A stretch of 48,137 bases of DNA from a virus (Duplodnaviria > Caudoviricetes). The position numbers were made by a program, and so were the translations under genes. Positions 45,251 to 48,137 of this stretch are shown piece by piece (within the stretch, counting starts at the first letter, position 1; each line of letters opens with the position of its first letter). Where the stretch lies: positions 1-48,137 of IMG/VR virus record IMGVR_UViG_3300020366_000010, one strand, 5' to 3'. The notes under the pieces are model-generated. The model did not search any database. It was not told the origin of the DNA and worked only from the letters and a program-made list of their open reading frames with translations.

Positions 45251-46165
45251 TCATTCGTAACGAAGGAATACAGTATCCATTTGAATCCCCCAGAACTTAC
45301 CAAGTTCTGCATAGTGACTCTTAATCTTGGTTTTGATGTCGGTGTTAATCAACTTCTCAACCTGCGACATGGTTGAACAATAGAAGATAATCAGTGCTTT
45401 CTTCTTATTGTTCTCCATACATTCAACGAAAGCAGATGAAATTGCAGTACGATCCCAACCATCAAGTGTACGGGGTTCTGTGATCTGGTGATCTTTATAG
45501 TCTTCCAGATTCTCAAAGTTGATACGTTGACTGGCAAGTTCTCCAGTAGTATAAGTCCGCATAGGTTTCATGCGACCACCAACAACACCATGGTGTGAAA
45601 TCCACTGACCAATAGTTTTGCGGGAGATGTGAGGATAAGTTGCAACAAATTCATCAAGAATATCATCAGTTGGTTTAGGATCAAGACCATCAGATTGACG
45701 TTCTTCCATCAACTCATACAATTCTTTCCGAACATCATTACTCTTTACAGATGTCTTTTCAACATCCTGTTTGTTCAGAAGGTTACCAAGTCGAATAGCA
45801 TTAGACTTTTTACCTCCCAACTGAGTGTCAAAATTGACAATACAAGCGTTAGACTTGAAAATGTTAGATTTTACCTCAATCTCAGCAGTGTGGTTACCAT
45901 TCAGAAGTTTGACTTCATTTTCATCTGGAAAATAAACACAGGTGAGATCTTCAAGTTTGCTAGAATCTCCAGATTGTTTAATTTTATTGGAGATGCGTTC
46001 TACAAAATCAATATCACGGTCAACATCCCTAACCTGAACACGCTTATCACGATTAGGAATAAATTCACCATCACTCATTTTATGAAAAAACTGAGTAACA
46101 TCAATTTCTTCGCGTGGATACTGACCAGAGCGAATTTGGTCAGCAATCAGTTGAATAGTGTTCAT
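45251..46165 (-). CDS. 304-aa protein with a ParB/Srx-like N-terminal motif
   Basis: QVRD...KLLNGNHT resembles the ParB-N DGxHR box; AIRLGNLLN helix. Confidence 0.5.
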   Translation of the reverse strand: MNTIQLIADQIRSGQYPREEIDVTQFFHKMSDGEFIPNRDKRVQVRDVDRDIDFVERISNKIKQSGDSSKLEDLTCVYFPDENEVKLLNGNHTAEIEVKSNIFKSNACIVNFDTQLGGKKSNAIRLGNLLNKQDVEKTSVKSNDVRKELYELMEERQSDGLDPKPTDDILDEFVATYPHISRKTIGQWISHHGVVGGRMKPMRTYTTGELASQRINFENLEDYKDHQITEPRTLDGWDRTAISSAFVECMENNKKKALIIFYCSTMSQVEKLINTDIKTKIKSHYAELGKFWGIQMDTVFLRYE

Positions 46166-46186
46166 TGATTTGTTTGAACTGAAGTT

Positions 46187-46245
46187 AGTATAGGGTCAAT
46201 AGGTGGGAGCAATGCTCCCTATGGGACACTTATTGAACTGGCAAG
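46187..46245 (-). promoter_or_regulatory. Early promoter element 12: TGGGACACTT-attg-AACTGGCAAG (46222-46245) plus -10 TATACT
   Basis: 29-nt spacer containing the GGGAGC-aat-GCTCCC hairpin; full leader. Confidence 0.8.
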
Positions 46246-46742
46246 TACATTTGACCATACTTGCCGAAAACCTCTTTGAATCGGTCCATATCTTTACCCA
46301 GATAGATGATGGCAGATTGAAACGGTGCAGCACTCGCAGCAGCACCAAATCGCAAACGCTTGTTTACTGCAATCCAAGGATATTTTGCCACAGCGTTCCA
46401 CCATTTCGTAGAAACGTCCAACTTGATGAGAAGAACCATTTCTTTTGCATTTCCAGATTCATACTGGTGTGCAGCATACGGAACCCACTCCTTACTATTA
46501 GAATATGGGTGATTCATAAACACACTGTCAGCAATCCAATCATGTGCTAGACCGTTTGTTTCTTCCGTATAAACATTTTTCGCAGGGACATTGCGATTGT
46601 CCGAATCATTCGAGCAGGGGTCAAGGTCAACAGGACCACCGAAGAACTTAATAACATCACCAACAAATTCAACAGGAGTGTTCCAACAATCAGTGCGATT
46701 TCCAGTGGTGGCAGTTAGTGCCTTCAGTGCAGTTGTGCTCAT
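46230..46742 (-). CDS. Phage-type DNA N6-adenine methyltransferase
   Basis: D.W.TP, DLDPCS (SAM-binding motif I), NGL..DW...VFMNHPYS (motif IV variant), RL.F and PFQSAIIY. Confidence 0.85.
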   Translation of the reverse strand: MSTTALKALTATTGNRTDCWNTPVEFVGDVIKFFGGPVDLDPCSNDSDNRNVPAKNVYTEETNGLAHDWIADSVFMNHPYSNSKEWVPYAAHQYESGNAKEMVLLIKLDVSTKWWNAVAKYPWIAVNKRLRFGAAASAAPFQSAIIYLGKDMDRFKEVFGKYGQMYLPVQ

Positions 46743-47161
46743 TGGTAGAGATACTCCGAAACGAATTGTTCGTGGTTGATGATACGAACGTTAGGATAGA
46801 TACTACTCATTTTACCACGGAACTCCTCAGAAAGATAGTAATCTTTCCACTTCCACGCTTTGTCTGGACCTGCTACAACAATAGTAGCAGATTTGTATCC
46901 ATGATCATCAATCGCATGTTGCAATTTCATGAACTCAAAAGGAATTTTCTCCTCAGCAGTTCCTTGAACACGCTGATACTTCAGACTGATAAGTTCATCT
47001 CCATTGATAACAATGTCGCAATAGTGTCGTCCACCATTACGCTTTGCACCAACCATAACCTGAGATTGTACGTCATGGTCACTAAATTCTTCCAGGAGAT
47101 TTTCAACCTCCGTTTCGTAATTGGTGCCAGTGCTTGTGTCGCGGGATGCAGAAGTTGCCAT
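46739..47161 (-). CDS. PD-(D/E)xK superfamily endonuclease
   Basis: G.NYE..VE.LL helix, then CDIVI.....ISLKYQRVQGTAEEKIPFE; TGATG coupling at start and ATGA overlap with the MTase. Confidence 0.75.
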   Translation of the reverse strand: MATSASRDTSTGTNYETEVENLLEEFSDHDVQSQVMVGAKRNGGRHYCDIVINGDELISLKYQRVQGTAEEKIPFEFMKLQHAIDDHGYKSATIVVAGPDKAWKWKDYYLSEEFRGKMSSIYPNVRIINHEQFVSEYLYQ

Positions 47162-47328
47162 CACCAAATCTCCGTGAAACGCTTGTGAGTTGCTTTAGTC
47201 ATCCTACCTTCCTTGAGCATGTTGTCACACACATTGCAGAAGACTTGAAACTTTTCTTCACGAGTGAGAGTATCTGCGCCGTCGCAATCCTTCATCACTC
47301 GGAGCAAGTACGATTTGTTGGTGATCAT
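47161..47328 (-). CDS. 55-aa early hypothetical protein
   Basis: Manual translation MITNKSYLLRVMKDCDGADTLTREEKFQVFCNVCDNMLKEGRMTKATHKRFTEIW; first gene after element 13. Confidence 0.75.
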   Translation of the reverse strand: MITNKSYLLRVMKDCDGADTLTREEKFQVFCNVCDNMLKEGRMTKATHKRFTEIW

Positions 47329-47349
47329 TGGTTTGTTGATTACTTCGTA

Positions 47350-47408
47350 ATCATACAGGGGAACAGAGACGGTTAGAGAACCGCTGTGCCACTTGTTGAA
47401 CTGGTTTA
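47350..47408 (-). promoter_or_regulatory. Early promoter element 13: TGTGCCACTT-gttg-AACTGGTTTA (47385-47408) plus -10 TATGAT
   Basis: 29-nt spacer with CGGTT-agag-AACCG hairpin; inside the 3' end of the peptidase gene. Confidence 0.7.
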
Positions 47409-47827
47409 GGTTGTTTATCCATCATCCACAAATCATATAGGATTTGTTCATTCTCCCGCGCTTCAATTTCGTGTGGTTGATGTTCATAATCATAATTTTC
47501 CACAGGTTCTTGACAATATCTCATTTTTCCATCTTTGAATCGCAGTGAACCATCAATCCACTGTGCCATATGGGTCAGTTCATGAAAAAGAGTTTTTACA
47601 TACAATTCCTTCTCCATGTGTGCCTGAAGGTCAATCAAGAAAGCACGGGGACGACTTGATTGACCATTTACATCACACAATCCGATAACCTTATCACATT
47701 TCAATCCACGGTGAACAATATCAATATCAAGTTTATGGCGTGGATAATAAGTATTCACAAACCAAGAGGTAACATCCTCACAGAGTTTTTTAGAATAACC
47801 GTATCCAGAATGGCAGATGAAAGACAT
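47351..47827 (-). CDS. Zincin (HExxH) metallopeptidase-like protein
   Basis: TLFHELTHMAQW plus downstream QPHEIEA. Confidence 0.75.
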   Translation of the reverse strand: MSFICHSGYGYSKKLCEDVTSWFVNTYYPRHKLDIDIVHRGLKCDKVIGLCDVNGQSSRPRAFLIDLQAHMEKELYVKTLFHELTHMAQWIDGSLRFKDGKMRYCQEPVENYDYEHQPHEIEARENEQILYDLWMMDKQPKPVQQVAQRFSNRLCSPV

Positions 47828-47889
47828 GTTCCCCAGTGTAGAAACCAAACGAATGATGAAATGAACAGGAGTTTTTCTTTAGTTGTCAT
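47755..47889 (-). CDS. 44-aa hydrophobic peptide overlapping the peptidase start
   Basis: Manual translation MTTKEKLLFISSFVWFLHWGTCLSSAILDTVILKNSVRMLPLGL; ATG overlaps the upstream gene end. Confidence 0.5.
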   Translation of the reverse strand: MTTKEKLLFISSFVWFLHWGTCLSSAILDTVILKNSVRMLPLGL

Positions 47890-48067
47890 CAATAATCAGT
47901 GACTCATCAGGCAGATTGTTTGCACGGGTTTTCATACGATTCAGTTTTGAGATATTCCAACCATTCTTGTCAGAGTCAGTAACTGCTCCATCAAGTTGGC
48001 GACGTTCACTTTCAGTGTGATAATGACGGTGATCGTTCATAGTAACCTCAGTTGATTTCATGTTCAT
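47879..48067 (-). CDS. Hypothetical protein (62 aa, start corrected)
   Basis: ATGA coupling with the upstream partial ORF. Confidence 0.6.
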   Translation of the reverse strand: MNMKSTEVTMNDHRHYHTESERRQLDGAVTDSDKNGWNISKLNRMKTRANNLPDESLIIDDN

Positions 48068-48137
48068 TCTAACACAATCTCCTCCCAATTAGCGAGAGAG
48101 ATGTCATGAACTTTACTTTCGTTTTCCTTCATCCATA
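48064..48137 (-). CDS. 3' end of an ORF entering from outside the window
   Basis: ...WMKENESKVHDISLANWEEIVLE* open to the window edge. Confidence 0.5.
   Translation of the reverse strand, partial: WMKENESKVHDISLANWEEIVLE

Noticed and set aside
36473-47408. 24-bp palindrome as a CRP or NtcA site
   Set aside because: Ends resemble TGTG/CACA, but the spacing fits neither CRP (TGTGA-N6-TCACA) nor NtcA (GTA-N8-TAC); the conserved core is CA[G/C]TT-N4-AA[C/G]TG
725-47902. The many plus-strand and nested alternative-frame ORFs in the track
   Set aside because: They are antisense or frame shadows of long minus-strand genes, with no recognisable motifs or operon context
1-48137. tRNA, rRNA, integrase, transposase or intron
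   Set aside because: No cloverleaf, recombinase motifs or interrupted core genes were seen by eye; tRNAscan-SE and Infernal would be needed to exclude them formally

Overview
This window is a 48 kb piece of a T4-like cyanomyophage genome (marine Synechococcus/Prochlorococcus myovirus type). Every credible gene is on the minus strand. Positions 1-33.5 kb hold the late virion/packaging module, read right to left: gp25, gp6, gp7 (4477 aa), gp8, a VrlC/DUF4815-like 2482-aa protein, small ORFs including an unannotated NblA-like 59-aa ORF, a fibre-like protein, gp13, gp14, gp15, gp16, a 758-aa modular basic protein and the 5' end of gp17, with TATAAATA/CTAAATA late promoters. Positions 33.5-35.7 kb hold small conserved genes (GT2-like, AbrB-like). 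Positions 35.8-48.1 kb form an early/accessory region of short genes built as cassettes. Thirteen copies of a 24-bp imperfect palindrome (core CA[G/C]TT-N4-AA[C/G]TG) occur there. Eleven sit 28-30 nt from a minus-strand -10 box and four have a plus-strand extended -10 at 27-30 nt on the other side. The region also contains an iteron/operator-like CTCGTCGAGAT array around a perfect sigma70 promoter, a cyAbrB-N/ArdA-like fusion, a late-promoter protein with a HicA-like N-terminus, a ligase-fold protein, a ParB-like gene between 27-bp direct repeats, and a coupled PD-(D/E)xK nuclease plus N6-adenine methyltransferase pair. All family assignments come from motif recognition by eye; no database search was run.
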